From Candidatus Omnitrophota bacterium (GTDB lineage Bacteria > Omnitrophota > Omnitrophia > Omnitrophales > Aquincolibacteriaceae): DNA of 63,370 bases. Within the stretch, counting starts at the first letter, position 1. Every line of letters begins with the position of its first letter. Shown here piece after piece: positions 27,907-37,592 of this stretch. The position numbers and the translations under genes are program-made. The notes beneath the pieces are model-generated. The model worked only from the letters and a program-made list of their open reading frames with translations, ran no database searches and had not been told where the DNA came from. The stretch lies in assembly GCA_043803685.1 (NCBI GenBank), contig JAZDJU010000010.1:1-63370 (forward strand). Reading direction: 5' to 3'.

Positions 27907-29040
27907 CTACGAAGTGACGATCCTTGGCAGGTGAGGGTTCAGCCGTGTCACGACCTCATAGGGGATCGTTCCGGCCCATCCGGCGATATCTTCAGCGGTG
28001 ATCCGTTCGTCCTGGTCTTCGCCAAGAAGCGTGATCACATCCCCCTCTTTAGCTTCGGTGTTCCCAAGATCCACAGCGATGTAATCCATGGAAACTTTCC
28101 CTGCGAGAAGGTGGCGTTTCCCCTGGAAAAGCACGGAGGCTTTTTTCCATGCCGCATAGGGGTAGCCGTGGCTGTACCCAAAGGGCAGTACGGCGATCGT
28201 GGTGCTTTTTTCAGAAACAAATTCCCGGCCGTATCCGACCGATTCTCCGGTCCGGACTTTTTTGACCAGGACGATGCGGCTTTTGAGTGACAGCACGGGT
28301 TCGATGGGGGCGATGTTTTTCAGCGACGGATCCGGATAAATGCCATAAAGCGCGAGGCCTGGACGGATCATATTAAAGAACGGGGTTTTCAGGGTCAGAG
28401 TTGCGGCGCTGTTGGTGGCATGGCGGAACCGGAAGACGACATTTTTCTCCTCGAGCATCTGGAGCAGGATCCCGAATTTTCGCACCTGGGTTTCACGGAA
28501 CGGATCGTCCTTCTCGGCGGTGGGAAAATGCGTGTAAATGCCATCGAGCATAAGCCCTTTGAGTTGGGCCATTTCCTCGATAGAAACAAAGGCGTCGCGG
28601 ATCGGGATTCCCATGCGGCCCATGCCTGTGTCGATCTTTACATGGACCGAAGTTTTCCGGCCCAGGCTTTCCGAGAGGCCTGAGATCTCGCGGGCTTTTT
28701 CAAGACTCGAAACGCTCAACGTGATGCCGCCGAGAAGAGCTGCCGGAAGCTCATGCGAGAACAGATGTCCAAAGAGGAAAACCGGAGTTTTGGGATGGTG
28801 TTCCTTGAGCTCCAGTGCTTCCCTCAGAGTGGCAACGCCGAAATATGTGACCTTGCCGGCGAGAATGCCTGCGATCTCTTCGAGTCCGTGGCCGTAGGCG
28901 TTGGCTTTGATGACCGCCAGCACATCCGTTTGCAAGGACCTTTCCCGGAGGGTCTCAAGATTCCTGAGAAGACGGTCTGCGCGGAGTTCGATCCACGAAC
29001 TGTATTGGACGCCAGAGGCTTTGTGGGCCAGTTCAGCCAT
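27907..29040 (-). CDS. alr: Alanine racemase
   Basis: AVIKANAYGHG (PLP lysine), HVKIDTGMGRMG, RPGLALYG, VGYG, GTIPYE. Confidence 0.97.
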   Translation of the reverse strand: MAELAHKASGVQYSSWIELRADRLLRNLETLRERSLQTDVLAVIKANAYGHGLEEIAGILAGKVTYFGVATLREALELKEHHPKTPVFLFGHLFSHELPAALLGGITLSVSSLEKAREISGLSESLGRKTSVHVKIDTGMGRMGIPIRDAFVSIEEMAQLKGLMLDGIYTHFPTAEKDDPFRETQVRKFGILLQMLEEKNVVFRFRHATNSAATLTLKTPFFNMIRPGLALYGIYPDPSLKNIAPIEPVLSLKSRIVLVKKVRTGESVGYGREFVSEKSTTIAVLPFGYSHGYPYAAWKKASVLFQGKRHLLAGKVSMDYIAVDLGNTEAKEGDVITLLGEDQDERITAEDIAGWAGTIPYEVVTRLNPHLPRIVTS

Positions 29041-29716
29041 GATTCTTATCTTTCAGTTTCTCTTCCGGTTCAGAGCTTCTCAAATAAACGGGCAAAAAGT
29101 CTTTCGGGGCGGACAGTTGCTTGAGCAATGGATCTTTTGCCTCGAATAATTCGATCAGCGTCGAAGCTTTCGGATACCAGTATTTTTCCGGTACGACAGT
29201 CCATCCCGCCGGATCGAATTTTTTGATCCCGTCTCCCGCGATCAAGCCCCGTGGAACATTTCCTGAGATCATCTCGCTAATGATGGGGATGCAGCACGGT
29301 CCGTTCGGGCGCCATCTTCCTCTTAGGAAACGGTACAAACGAGTGTAGAGTTTACCACGTCTGGCGTCCAGGCATACCGTGAGATTAAAGGGGTCAGACC
29401 CCTTTATTCCGGCCGCGATCACGTCGAGAGAAGAGGCGCCGTAGCAGGGCTTGGGCTGAGCGGCAAGGAAGCCTTTGAGCGTCGCGAAGCCGATGCGTAG
29501 TCCGGTGAAAGATCCCGGCCCCCGGCTGATCAGGAAGGCATCCACGTCCCCGATCTTCATTTTCTCTTTTTTGAGGAGACGGTCGATCACCGGGAGGAGG
29601 TTTTCGGCGTGTTTCATAAAGCCTTTGACGGTCGCGTGGCGCAGTTTGCCGCCGCTTTTTTTGATCGCCACGCTCAAGACAGGTCCGGAGGTTTCAAGGG
29701 CTAGAAGGTTCATCAT
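29033..29716 (-). CDS. tsaB: t6A biosynthesis protein TsaB
   Basis: LALETS, GPGSFTGLRIG, LDARR. Confidence 0.93.
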   Translation of the reverse strand: MMNLLALETSGPVLSVAIKKSGGKLRHATVKGFMKHAENLLPVIDRLLKKEKMKIGDVDAFLISRGPGSFTGLRIGFATLKGFLAAQPKPCYGASSLDVIAAGIKGSDPFNLTVCLDARRGKLYTRLYRFLRGRWRPNGPCCIPIISEMISGNVPRGLIAGDGIKKFDPAGWTVVPEKYWYPKASTLIELFEAKDPLLKQLSAPKDFLPVYLRSSEPEEKLKDKNHG

Positions 29717-29824
29717 GGGAGGTATTGTATGCAAAAGCCGCGGAAAGTGGAACGGGAATCCATAGGCCCGGACAATGCGGAAAAATGCGGTCGGAACCTT
29801 GGGGGAAGCTGAAAGGCTGAGGGC

Positions 29825-29854
29825 TAGACATACCCCCGTGGGGTATGCTATAAT
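29825..29854 (+). promoter_or_regulatory. Sigma70 promoter overlapped by a CsoR/RcnR-type operator
   Basis: TAGACA-N18-TATAAT enclosing the perfect palindrome CATACCCC-cgt-GGGGTATG (29829-29847), directly upstream of the csoR-like gene. Confidence 0.85.
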
Positions 29855-29860
29855 TGGTTT

Positions 29861-30142
29861 ATGGAAAAGAAAGGTATGGATCATCAAGATAAGTTGGTGT
29901 CACTTCGAAGGGTCGAGGGGCAGATCCGGGGAGTTCATCGGATGATTGAGGATCGCCGCTACTGCGTGGACATCCTTCATGCGATCGGTGCGGCGATCGG
30001 GGCGCTTCGGAACGTGGAATCCAGGATCCTCAAAGATCATTTGAATGCGTGCGTAACGACCGCCTTCGGCGGAAGATCCAGGTCAGACAAGGATCAAAAG
30101 ATCCGGGAGATCGCCGGTCTTTTGGAGAGTTTGAGAAAATGA
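29861..30142 (+). CDS. Metal-sensing repressor, CsoR/RcnR family
   Basis: LRRVEGQIRGVHRMIEDRRYCVDIL and HLNAC (Cys-His-Cys ligand set). Start may be 29876. Confidence 0.93.
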   Translation: MEKKGMDHQDKLVSLRRVEGQIRGVHRMIEDRRYCVDILHAIGAAIGALRNVESRILKDHLNACVTTAFGGRSRSDKDQKIREIAGLLESLRK

Positions 30143-30564
30143 AGAAAAAATGGCTATCAGCGATCCTGGCGATGTGCGTGCTTGGAACCTTTTCGGGCGT
30201 GGGGGACTGCGAATGTCGGGGTGTCGATTGTGGCTTTGTCTCTCAAGCGATCCGAAGCGAGGCCTTTCATTGCCAACCCGCAGCCGCGCACGCGGAACGG
30301 AGGGATCCTTCCGGCGAAGAATGCTGCGGGAAGTGCGGAATCGAAAAAGCAGCCGTTCTTTCACGCAAAATTTCGTTTGCCGGCGATGTTCGTCCTTGGA
30401 GCGAATTTGTAGAGATCCAATATTCTCCTGGCATTCATTCCAAGATTGAGCCCCTGTTATTTTTCAAGGGAGAGCTTTTCGAATCCCCCCCCGGTTTTTT
30501 TGAGCAGCACATTCTCGGCACGACCTTTTCCTTTCGAGCCCCTCCGCAGGGCCATGTCCTGTGA
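30139..30564 (+). CDS. Exported Cys-rich protein ending in RAPP (DUF2946/CutF/CruR-like architecture)
   Basis: Signal-like MKKKWLSAILAMCVL, CECRGVDC, CCGKC, and FRAPP near the C-terminus. ATGA overlap with csoR. Confidence 0.65.
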   Translation: MKKKWLSAILAMCVLGTFSGVGDCECRGVDCGFVSQAIRSEAFHCQPAAAHAERRDPSGEECCGKCGIEKAAVLSRKISFAGDVRPWSEFVEIQYSPGIHSKIEPLLFFKGELFESPPGFFEQHILGTTFSFRAPPQGHVL

Positions 30565-30605
30565 GCCGTGGAGTTTTTAAAATCAATCGAAAGGAAGTGA
30601 TTCCC

Positions 30606-30752
30606 ATGAAAAAGTTAATCACAGCTTTGTTAGCCGTTACGATGCTAGGTGCTTTTGCGACAGCCGCTTTTGCGGAAAAGCAATGTGCCAGCAAGCAATG
30701 TTCCTGCAACCCTTGCAAGTGCAATCCGCCTTGCGAGTGCGTGAAGAAGTGA
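30606..30752 (+). CDS. Tiny exported Cys-rich (metallothionein-like) peptide
   Basis: Signal peptide ending AFA, then EKQCASKQCSCNPCKCNPPCECVKK (7 Cys in 25 aa). RBS aaggaagtga. Confidence 0.75.
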   Translation: MKKLITALLAVTMLGAFATAAFAEKQCASKQCSCNPCKCNPPCECVKK

Positions 30753-30821
30753 TATAAAAAGGTCGGGGTTGGGGGGCGAGGATGGAACCTCGCCCTCTGA
30801 TCCTTGGCAAGGGGGGAACCC

Positions 30822-31124
30822 ATGAAAAAAAATCTTTGTATGATGACACTCTTTATCTGCGGTATGACTCTCATGCCGCCCACCGTTCTTGCGGAGCAGG
30901 TGGTGGAAGCTGAGATCCACGGCATTGCGTGTAGTTTTTGTGCCTATGGCTTGGAAAAGAAGATCAAAAAAATGACGGGCGTGGAAACGGTTTCCGTCAA
31001 TGTCACCCAAGGCAAGGTTGTGATCACGATGCGAAACTCTGCGACCCTGGAAAAAGAGCCTTTGGAAAAAGTCGTTAAAGATGCCGGATTTACGCTGAAG
31101 GCTTTCTCGGTGCAAGGGGCATGA
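30822..31124 (+). CDS. Periplasmic heavy-metal-associated (HMA) domain protein, MerP/CopZ-like
   Basis: Signal peptide, IHGIACSFCA, V..AGF. Confidence 0.9.
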   Translation: MKKNLCMMTLFICGMTLMPPTVLAEQVVEAEIHGIACSFCAYGLEKKIKKMTGVETVSVNVTQGKVVITMRNSATLEKEPLEKVVKDAGFTLKAFSVQGA

Positions 31125-31495
31125 AGAAAATAGTGAGCCTTCTTGCTTTTCTTGGCTCTTCGGGAACGCTTTTCTGCTGTGTGATTCCGGCGGTACTCGC
31201 GACTGTGGGCGGCGGTGTTGCGGTCAGCGCTTTTATTTCGGCTTTTCCCTGGCTTGTGCCGCTCTCCCAACACAAAGGATGGCTTTTCGGGGTCGCGGGG
31301 TTGTTGCTTTTTCTGAATTGCTTTTTTGTCTTTCGCCCGCAATCCAAACTGGTTTGCTCAGTGACGGGGGGCGGAATCTGCAAACCTGCCGGGACGCTTA
31401 GCAAGATCCTGTTTGTCGTTGCGGCTATCTTTTACAGCGCGGGATTTTTCATGGCTTTTTTGCTAACACCGCTACTGCGTTTTTTTGAGAGGTGA
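31121..31495 (+). CDS. MerT-like metal transport membrane protein
   Basis: CC pair in the first TM helix, loop Cys pair, 3-4 TM helices. Confidence 0.75.
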   Translation: MKKIVSLLAFLGSSGTLFCCVIPAVLATVGGGVAVSAFISAFPWLVPLSQHKGWLFGVAGLLLFLNCFFVFRPQSKLVCSVTGGGICKPAGTLSKILFVVAAIFYSAGFFMAFLLTPLLRFFER

Positions 31496-31499
31496 GACG

Positions 31500-32402
31500 T
31501 TGAAAAAGATCATTTTCTTTCTCATGTCTTTCTTTATTTTGATCGCAAGATCCTACCCGGGATTTGCGATTCCCGTTAACGATGAAACTGCTTTTACCGT
31601 TTTTAAAGACCAGTGGATCCTTCGGGAGCAGGTCCAATATGCGTACGAGTCCGGGGGCGGTTCAGGGGAGGGAGAAAAAGTCATTAGCCTTCGCATGCCC
31701 ACATCGGTTTCCTATGGTCTGACCGATCGATGGAGTGCGCAGGGTTACTATCCGGTGGTTTATCATGAACTGAGTCGAAGCCTGAATGGTGAAAAATTAC
31801 GTCAGCATGCCGCCGGCCCGGGGGATCTCAAGATCTATACAAGATATCTTTTCTGGAAAGACAATACCCTTGGGCAGGTCAGGCGGGCGGGTGTGATCGG
31901 CGGTATGGAATTTCCCACGGGAGCCACCGGCCAGGAAGATCGCGGAAAGATCCCGAGGGATTATCAGCCAGGGAAAGGAACCTGGAATCCGAGCGCCGGC
32001 GCTAATTTCACATGGGAAACATTCCGCCACGAGATAGACAGTAAGGTGATGTATGTCTGGGATACGGAGAGGCGGGGCTACGAGTTCGGCGATACGCTTA
32101 CGCATGATTTGAACTATCAAATGAGGGTTTGGCCCTGGAAGCTGCCTGAAGGACAGGGCCTCCCAACTTATCTTTTGGCGGGGGTTGAGGCGAACGGGAT
32201 CTGGGAAAGAAAAGATCAGTCCCATGGCAATCGCATGGATGCTACGGGGGGCTACACGCTTTTTTTGTCGCCTTCCCTGCAAGTGATCGGGACGCGATTC
32301 ATTTGGGACGCTTCGATCCAGCTTCCTGTGATCCAGTCATTGAATGGCGAACAGCCCAAAACAAGATTTGTCTTGAATGGGGGAATAAGATATCAGTTTT
32401 AG
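31500..32402 (+). CDS. Outer-membrane beta-barrel transporter (MetA-pathway/CopB-like family)
   Basis: Signal peptide, YGLTDRW, GPGDL, FPTG, C-terminal RYQF. Confidence 0.75.
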   Translation: MKKIIFFLMSFFILIARSYPGFAIPVNDETAFTVFKDQWILREQVQYAYESGGGSGEGEKVISLRMPTSVSYGLTDRWSAQGYYPVVYHELSRSLNGEKLRQHAAGPGDLKIYTRYLFWKDNTLGQVRRAGVIGGMEFPTGATGQEDRGKIPRDYQPGKGTWNPSAGANFTWETFRHEIDSKVMYVWDTERRGYEFGDTLTHDLNYQMRVWPWKLPEGQGLPTYLLAGVEANGIWERKDQSHGNRMDATGGYTLFLSPSLQVIGTRFIWDASIQLPVIQSLNGEQPKTRFVLNGGIRYQF

Positions 32403-32436
32403 CGGCCGTATTTTAAAACTACAAAAGGAGGCTCAA

Positions 32437-32739
32437 GTGAAAAAAGTGATCGCGTTAGCGTTGTTGGCACTGTTCATGATGCCGCTGGTGGCGTCACAAG
32501 CTTTTGCCGCAGAGGAGACGGTCCAGACGGGGATCGTGGACGTGGGCAATAAGATGTGTCCGGTGATGGGCGGACCCGTGAACGGAGAAAGTTTTGCGGT
32601 TTATGAAGGCAAGCGCTATGGCCTTTGCTGCCCCATGTGCGAAAAGACTTTTCTGAACGATCCGGCTAAATATGCCGCTCTCGCGGATGCTGCCGCGTCC
32701 AAGGAAATGGAAAAGGCCATGGATCAAGGGAGTCTTTAG
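32437..32739 (+). CDS. Exported YHS/TRASH-domain protein
   Basis: NKMCPVMG...YEGKRYGLCCPMCEKTFLNDPAKY. Confidence 0.85.
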   Translation: MKKVIALALLALFMMPLVASQAFAAEETVQTGIVDVGNKMCPVMGGPVNGESFAVYEGKRYGLCCPMCEKTFLNDPAKYAALADAAASKEMEKAMDQGSL

Positions 32740-32813
32740 CGCCGCATCATATTTGAAATCAGGGTATGCGGTGCAATACTGTTTACCCCTAACATCAATG
32801 GAGAACAGTATTA

Positions 32814-33872
32814 ATGGTCTCGAAGACGTGCTGCGCTCCCAAGGCTTCGAGCTGTTGCGCGGGAAGTGATCAGAAAAAACCCTGGTATCAGTCAGGGTTT
32901 TTTTTGATCGCGGGTTTGACGCTGGTCTTGCTCGGTGCATCCTTTGTTTTTCCCGCGCTCGAAGGGTTCCGCCGGACGTTCTGGGAGTATGTTCGGATGA
33001 TGTTCTGGCCGGTCACGGCCGGGTTCTTCGTGGGCGGGCTGATCGATCACTACGTTCCCAAGGAATATATCTCCAAGCATTTGTCGATCCCGAAGAAGAG
33101 GACGATCTTTTATTCCGTGGGACTCGGCTTCCTGATGAGTGCCTGTTGCCACGGGATCCTCGCGATCGCGATGGAGATCCACAAAAAAGGCGCCTCGGGT
33201 CCCGCCGTGGTGAGTTTTCTTCTCGCGAGTCCCTGGGCCAATCTTCCGATCACGATCCTTCTCTTTGGTTTTTTTGGAGCCAAGGCTTTTCTGATCGTTT
33301 TCGGGGCGATCCTGATCGCTTTGTCCACGGGACTTCTGATGCAGATCCTGGATCGTGCAGGTTGGATCGAAAGGAATCGTCATTCGGTCGAAGTGGAGGA
33401 AGGATTTTCGATCTGGCAGGATATCCTGCGACGTTTCCGGGGACATGAATTCAGCCATGAGAACTTCTGGAAGGCGTTCACGGGAGTCTCTCGCGGCGCG
33501 ATCAGTCTTGCCACCATGGTGTTGCCGTGGATCTTGATCGGTATCGTGTTAGGAGGGCTGGTCGCCACCTTTGTGCCGGAACACATTTTTCACCGTTATT
33601 TCGGGCCAAGCCTGCTCGGCCTTTTGATCACGATGGCCCTGGCCACGATTCTCGAAGTATGCTCGGAAGGGACGTCGCCGCTTGCTTTTACGATTTATCA
33701 GCAGACCGGCGCTTTCGGTAATGCGTTCGCGTTTCTGATGGGAGGCGTCGTGACGGACATGACGGAGATCGGGCTTGTGTGGAAAAATCTTGGGCCCAGG
33801 ACCGCGCTTTGGATGCTTGCGATCAGTTTGCCGCAGGTTGTTTTGCTGGGGTGGATTTTTAATAAAATATAA
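32814..33872 (+). CDS. ArsP/DUF318-family permease
   Basis: SACCHGIL, FLLASPW, LEVCSEG, Cys-rich N-terminus, multiple TM helices. Confidence 0.88.
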   Translation: MVSKTCCAPKASSCCAGSDQKKPWYQSGFFLIAGLTLVLLGASFVFPALEGFRRTFWEYVRMMFWPVTAGFFVGGLIDHYVPKEYISKHLSIPKKRTIFYSVGLGFLMSACCHGILAIAMEIHKKGASGPAVVSFLLASPWANLPITILLFGFFGAKAFLIVFGAILIALSTGLLMQILDRAGWIERNRHSVEVEEGFSIWQDILRRFRGHEFSHENFWKAFTGVSRGAISLATMVLPWILIGIVLGGLVATFVPEHIFHRYFGPSLLGLLITMALATILEVCSEGTSPLAFTIYQQTGAFGNAFAFLMGGVVTDMTEIGLVWKNLGPRTALWMLAISLPQVVLLGWIFNKI

Positions 33873-33906
33873 AATCGGGAAACGGGGAGCGTGGAACGTA
33901 AAAGCC

Positions 33907-34794
33907 TTATCGTTTCCCGTTCAGCGTTAACCGTTCCACGAGCTTTTGAATTTCCTCTGCGTCTTCTGCTTTTCCACGTTTGAGTGCCCCTTCAATGTAG
34001 ATCCTGGATTTCTCTTCCAATAGTCTCCGCGCGGAGACTGTTTGTTCGGGGGTGAGGATGTTCTGAGAAAGGATCTTGGCGAGAGACTGGATGCGGAAGC
34101 GGTCCATGGCCGGGAATTCGCGGGAGCGCTGGTCCGCGTGCCCACCGTATTTGATGAGGTAGGGTTTTTCGATGAGACCGATCGGATGTTTTGCCGCGAT
34201 CCGGAGCCAGAGGTCATAATCCTCACAGGCCGGAAGCGATTCGTCAAAGAGCCCGACCTCATCAAAAAGTTTCCGGTGCATCATGACCGCTGACGGGCTC
34301 ACGACACAGAGCGGCAGGCATTTCTCAAAAATGAAGCCGCCAAATTTCTGGTGCTTTTTCATGGGGTTCACGCGTACGCCGTTCCGCACCCAGATCTCCT
34401 CGGTTTGGCAGATCAGGTAATCCGGGTTTTCCTCGAAGAATTTCAGCTGGGTCTTGAGTTTTCCGGGCTTCCATTCGTCATCCGAATCCAGGAACGCGAT
34501 CCACTCGCCCTTGGCTTCCATGATGCCGAGATTTCGGGCGGCGGCGGGACCGCAGTTTTTTTCTGATCGAAAAAAATGAACCATGGGACACGGGCCAAGG
34601 GCCACATCTTTTGGATGGGGTATTTCGTGGCTCGTGGAACGTGGCCCAAGAATTTTTCCTGTATTATCTGTTGACCCATCATCGACGACAATGAGCTCGA
34701 AATCCGCGCCTTTTTGCGTGAGGACGGAGTCGATCGCCCTCGGAAGTACCGTGGCACGGTTATAAGTAGGGATGATGACGCTGATCAAGGGCAT
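33907..34794 (-). CDS. Glycosyltransferase family 2
   Basis: SVIIPTYNR, VVDDGSTD, ARNLG, FLDSDD, EDYDLWLR. Confidence 0.95.
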   Translation of the reverse strand: MPLISVIIPTYNRATVLPRAIDSVLTQKGADFELIVVDDGSTDNTGKILGPRSTSHEIPHPKDVALGPCPMVHFFRSEKNCGPAAARNLGIMEAKGEWIAFLDSDDEWKPGKLKTQLKFFEENPDYLICQTEEIWVRNGVRVNPMKKHQKFGGFIFEKCLPLCVVSPSAVMMHRKLFDEVGLFDESLPACEDYDLWLRIAAKHPIGLIEKPYLIKYGGHADQRSREFPAMDRFRIQSLAKILSQNILTPEQTVSARRLLEEKSRIYIEGALKRGKAEDAEEIQKLVERLTLNGKR

Positions 34795-34994
34795 GTCAGC
34801 CCAAACTTTCTCAATGTTTTTCTGGCGTCAGTTTGGGCAGTCATGATTTCCTCTGCTATTTTAATAATAATCATGGTGGATTATAACATGGGAAAAGATG
34901 GCGAAAGGTCCATTTCCCTGTGAGTTCCAAGTGGTTTATTTTCGATTCTTGGGTATAATCGTTTCTGCATTACATCTAAAGAGAGTATGGGGTT

Positions 34995-36569
34995 ATGAAA
35001 AAGAAGAACGGTCCCAATACCAATCAAGCGCAGCAAAGCGGAGCTTGGGGCCGTCCAAGTCGCCATTTACAAAAAGAAAATAGAGACTTGGGCGGAAAAA
35101 AGCACAAGATCCTTTTTACCGCCTCAGAAGCCGTTCCGTTCATCAAGACCGGCGGCCTTGGAGACGTTTGTGGCGCGTTACCCAAGATCTTGAAGAAACT
35201 CGGGCATGACGTCCGGCTTGTCCTGCCGCGTTATTGGTCCGTTAGCAAGGAAAAGTACGGATTGAAGCCGATCCTGGGGCCCATGGGCGTTTCCACAGGC
35301 AATGGCATTGTTTGGTGCCAGGTCCTCGAGGGGAAATCGGAGGGATTTCCGGTTTATTTTATTGAACACGAGAGTTATTTTGGCCGCGCCGGACTCTACG
35401 ACGACGGCAACACGGAATTTGCGGATAATCCCGAGCGTTTCGGTTTTTTTTCCCGCGCTTGCCTCCAGCTTTGTCAGGACCTGAACTTTCAACCCGATAT
35501 CATCCATTGCCATGATTGGCAGACCGCACTTATCGCGCCTTACCTCAAGATATGGGAACAGCGTAATCCTTTCTTTGCCGCGACCGCGAGCGTTTTCTCG
35601 ATCCATAATATCGCCTACCAGGGGACCTTTCCGGCCGACGCGTACGGGTTCCTCGGGCTCGGGCGCGACAATTTCACAGATGCCAAGTTCGAGAACTTCG
35701 GCGGTATCAATTTTATGAAGGGCGCTATCTTTTATGCTGATGCCGTCACGACGGTCAGTCCTACCTATGCCAAGGAGATCCTCGGGGAGCCTGGCGCGAA
35801 CGGGCTTTCGGTCTATATCGAACGGCGTAAGGAGGATCTTTTCGGGATCCTGAATGGCGCCGATTACGATCACTGGGATCCCGAAACGGACCAGCTCATT
35901 CCGCAAAATTATTCCTCACGCGATCTGTCCGGGAAAAAGATCTGCAAAAAAGCCCTGCAAAATGAATTTCTTCTGGAGCCTCAAGAGGGGGTTCCGGTCG
36001 TGGGGATCGTCTCACGCTTCGCGGAACAGAAAGGTTTTCAGCATTTGGCGCTCGTGATGCACCGCATTCTTCGCGACATGAACGTGCAGTTCGCCATTCT
36101 CGGGAGCGGAGACAAGGGACAGGAAGATTTCTTCGGAGGGCTTCCCGCGCTTTATCCAGGAAGGGTGGGTGCCTGGATCGGCTATAACGAACGGAAAGCC
36201 CATTTGATCGAGGCGGGAGCCGATTTTTTTCTTATGCCGTCTCTTTATGAGCCGTGCGGTCTCAACCAGATCTACAGTCTGAAATACGGGACCTTGCCGA
36301 TCGCTCGCGCGACCGGAGGGCTGAAAGATACGATCATTCCCTATGATGAAAATACCGGTTTTGGGACTGGATTTCTCTATGCTCACGGGACCCCGTCGGC
36401 GATCCACGGCACGGTGGGTTGGGCCGTCAGCACGTATTACGACCGACCTCAGCATGTGGAGCTGATGCGCCGGCGCGCGATGCTCCAGCATTTTTCCTGG
36501 CTTGATGCCGCCAAGCAGTACGAGGACATCTATCAGAAAGCCATCCTTCGTCGCGAAACCTGGCGGTGA
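34995..36569 (+). CDS. glgA: Glycogen synthase
   Basis: KTGGLGDV, HCHDWQ, IHNIAYQG, MPSLYEPCGLNQ, TGGLKDT. Confidence 0.96.
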   Translation: MKKKNGPNTNQAQQSGAWGRPSRHLQKENRDLGGKKHKILFTASEAVPFIKTGGLGDVCGALPKILKKLGHDVRLVLPRYWSVSKEKYGLKPILGPMGVSTGNGIVWCQVLEGKSEGFPVYFIEHESYFGRAGLYDDGNTEFADNPERFGFFSRACLQLCQDLNFQPDIIHCHDWQTALIAPYLKIWEQRNPFFAATASVFSIHNIAYQGTFPADAYGFLGLGRDNFTDAKFENFGGINFMKGAIFYADAVTTVSPTYAKEILGEPGANGLSVYIERRKEDLFGILNGADYDHWDPETDQLIPQNYSSRDLSGKKICKKALQNEFLLEPQEGVPVVGIVSRFAEQKGFQHLALVMHRILRDMNVQFAILGSGDKGQEDFFGGLPALYPGRVGAWIGYNERKAHLIEAGADFFLMPSLYEPCGLNQIYSLKYGTLPIARATGGLKDTIIPYDENTGFGTGFLYAHGTPSAIHGTVGWAVSTYYDRPQHVELMRRRAMLQHFSWLDAAKQYEDIYQKAILRRETWR

Positions 36570-36681
36570 TCTTGCGTCGCATTCGCCGGAAGGATAAGCC
36601 ATAGGATTCCTGAGAACTTCAGCGTGGCGGGATCGGAAACTCCTCTGGAGGATGTGGGATGAAATGAGTAGAATATTCGCC

Positions 36682-37515
36682 ATGAACCCAAAGACACCTC
36701 ATTTTAATGTGCCGCCGGCCGTGACCCAGACCCGGATCGAGCAAGCCATTGCTCTGGAACGTGAGGCGCATCGTTTTCGGGGTGAGGGCAAGATCGACCA
36801 GGCGTTCCAGGCTTTTGACCAGGCCGCCAAGTTTTTTCAGGAAGCGAATGAGCCGCTCAAAGCGGCGGTTTGCTTTTCTTCTGCCGCGACGTGTTGGAAT
36901 ATCCACACCGGCTGGCAGCCGCTTCGTAACGCCGCCACGCGCAATGAATCCGCCGCGCTTCAGGCCCTTGAGGCGCGGGACTATGCTTACGCGGAATCGC
37001 TTTTCAGCGAGGCCGCGCTCCTTTACGAAAAAGAAGGGGATTACACGAAATACTCCTATTGCTATTGTCGCGCCAAAGATGTCCGGCTCCAACGTCTGTG
37101 GAGAATCTCCACGCAAATGAAGCCGGGCGCTCCCGGGGTGGTCGGTCTCGAACAGGCTTCCTGGAAAGAACGGCTTCTTACTTTTTTCAACTGGATCCTG
37201 GGTTCGCTCAATCGACTGGTCTGGGGGTATGGGGAAATGCCCTTCCGAACTTTTGGGATCACTTGTGGGGTCATCCTCCTCAGCGCTCTTTGTTATCATG
37301 TGTCCGGGATGATTCTGGCCAACGGATTTGTGGGAAAGATCGATCTTTTTGAATCGTTCTACATGAGTGTTATCACCTATACCACCGTAGGCTATGGGGA
37401 TTATCTTCCGGTGGGTTGGGTCCGGGGTGTTGCGGCACTCGAGGCGCTTTCGGGGATTCTTTTTACGCCGCTTTTCCTGATCGCGCTGACCCGCCGTTAT
37501 CTACGGATGCGGTAA
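36682..37515 (+). CDS. Potassium channel family protein with N-terminal helical-repeat region
   Basis: Pore motif TTVGYGD flanked by TM helices, WGYGE motif, Ala-rich helical N-terminus. Start uncertain. Confidence 0.85.
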   Translation: MNPKTPHFNVPPAVTQTRIEQAIALEREAHRFRGEGKIDQAFQAFDQAAKFFQEANEPLKAAVCFSSAATCWNIHTGWQPLRNAATRNESAALQALEARDYAYAESLFSEAALLYEKEGDYTKYSYCYCRAKDVRLQRLWRISTQMKPGAPGVVGLEQASWKERLLTFFNWILGSLNRLVWGYGEMPFRTFGITCGVILLSALCYHVSGMILANGFVGKIDLFESFYMSVITYTTVGYGDYLPVGWVRGVAALEALSGILFTPLFLIALTRRYLRMR

Positions 37516-37592
37516 AAACGATAGAAAACCAGCACCGTGTCATTTTTGAAATTAAGGGTACACGGTACGGCACTGTTAACCTCTAAAATCAA

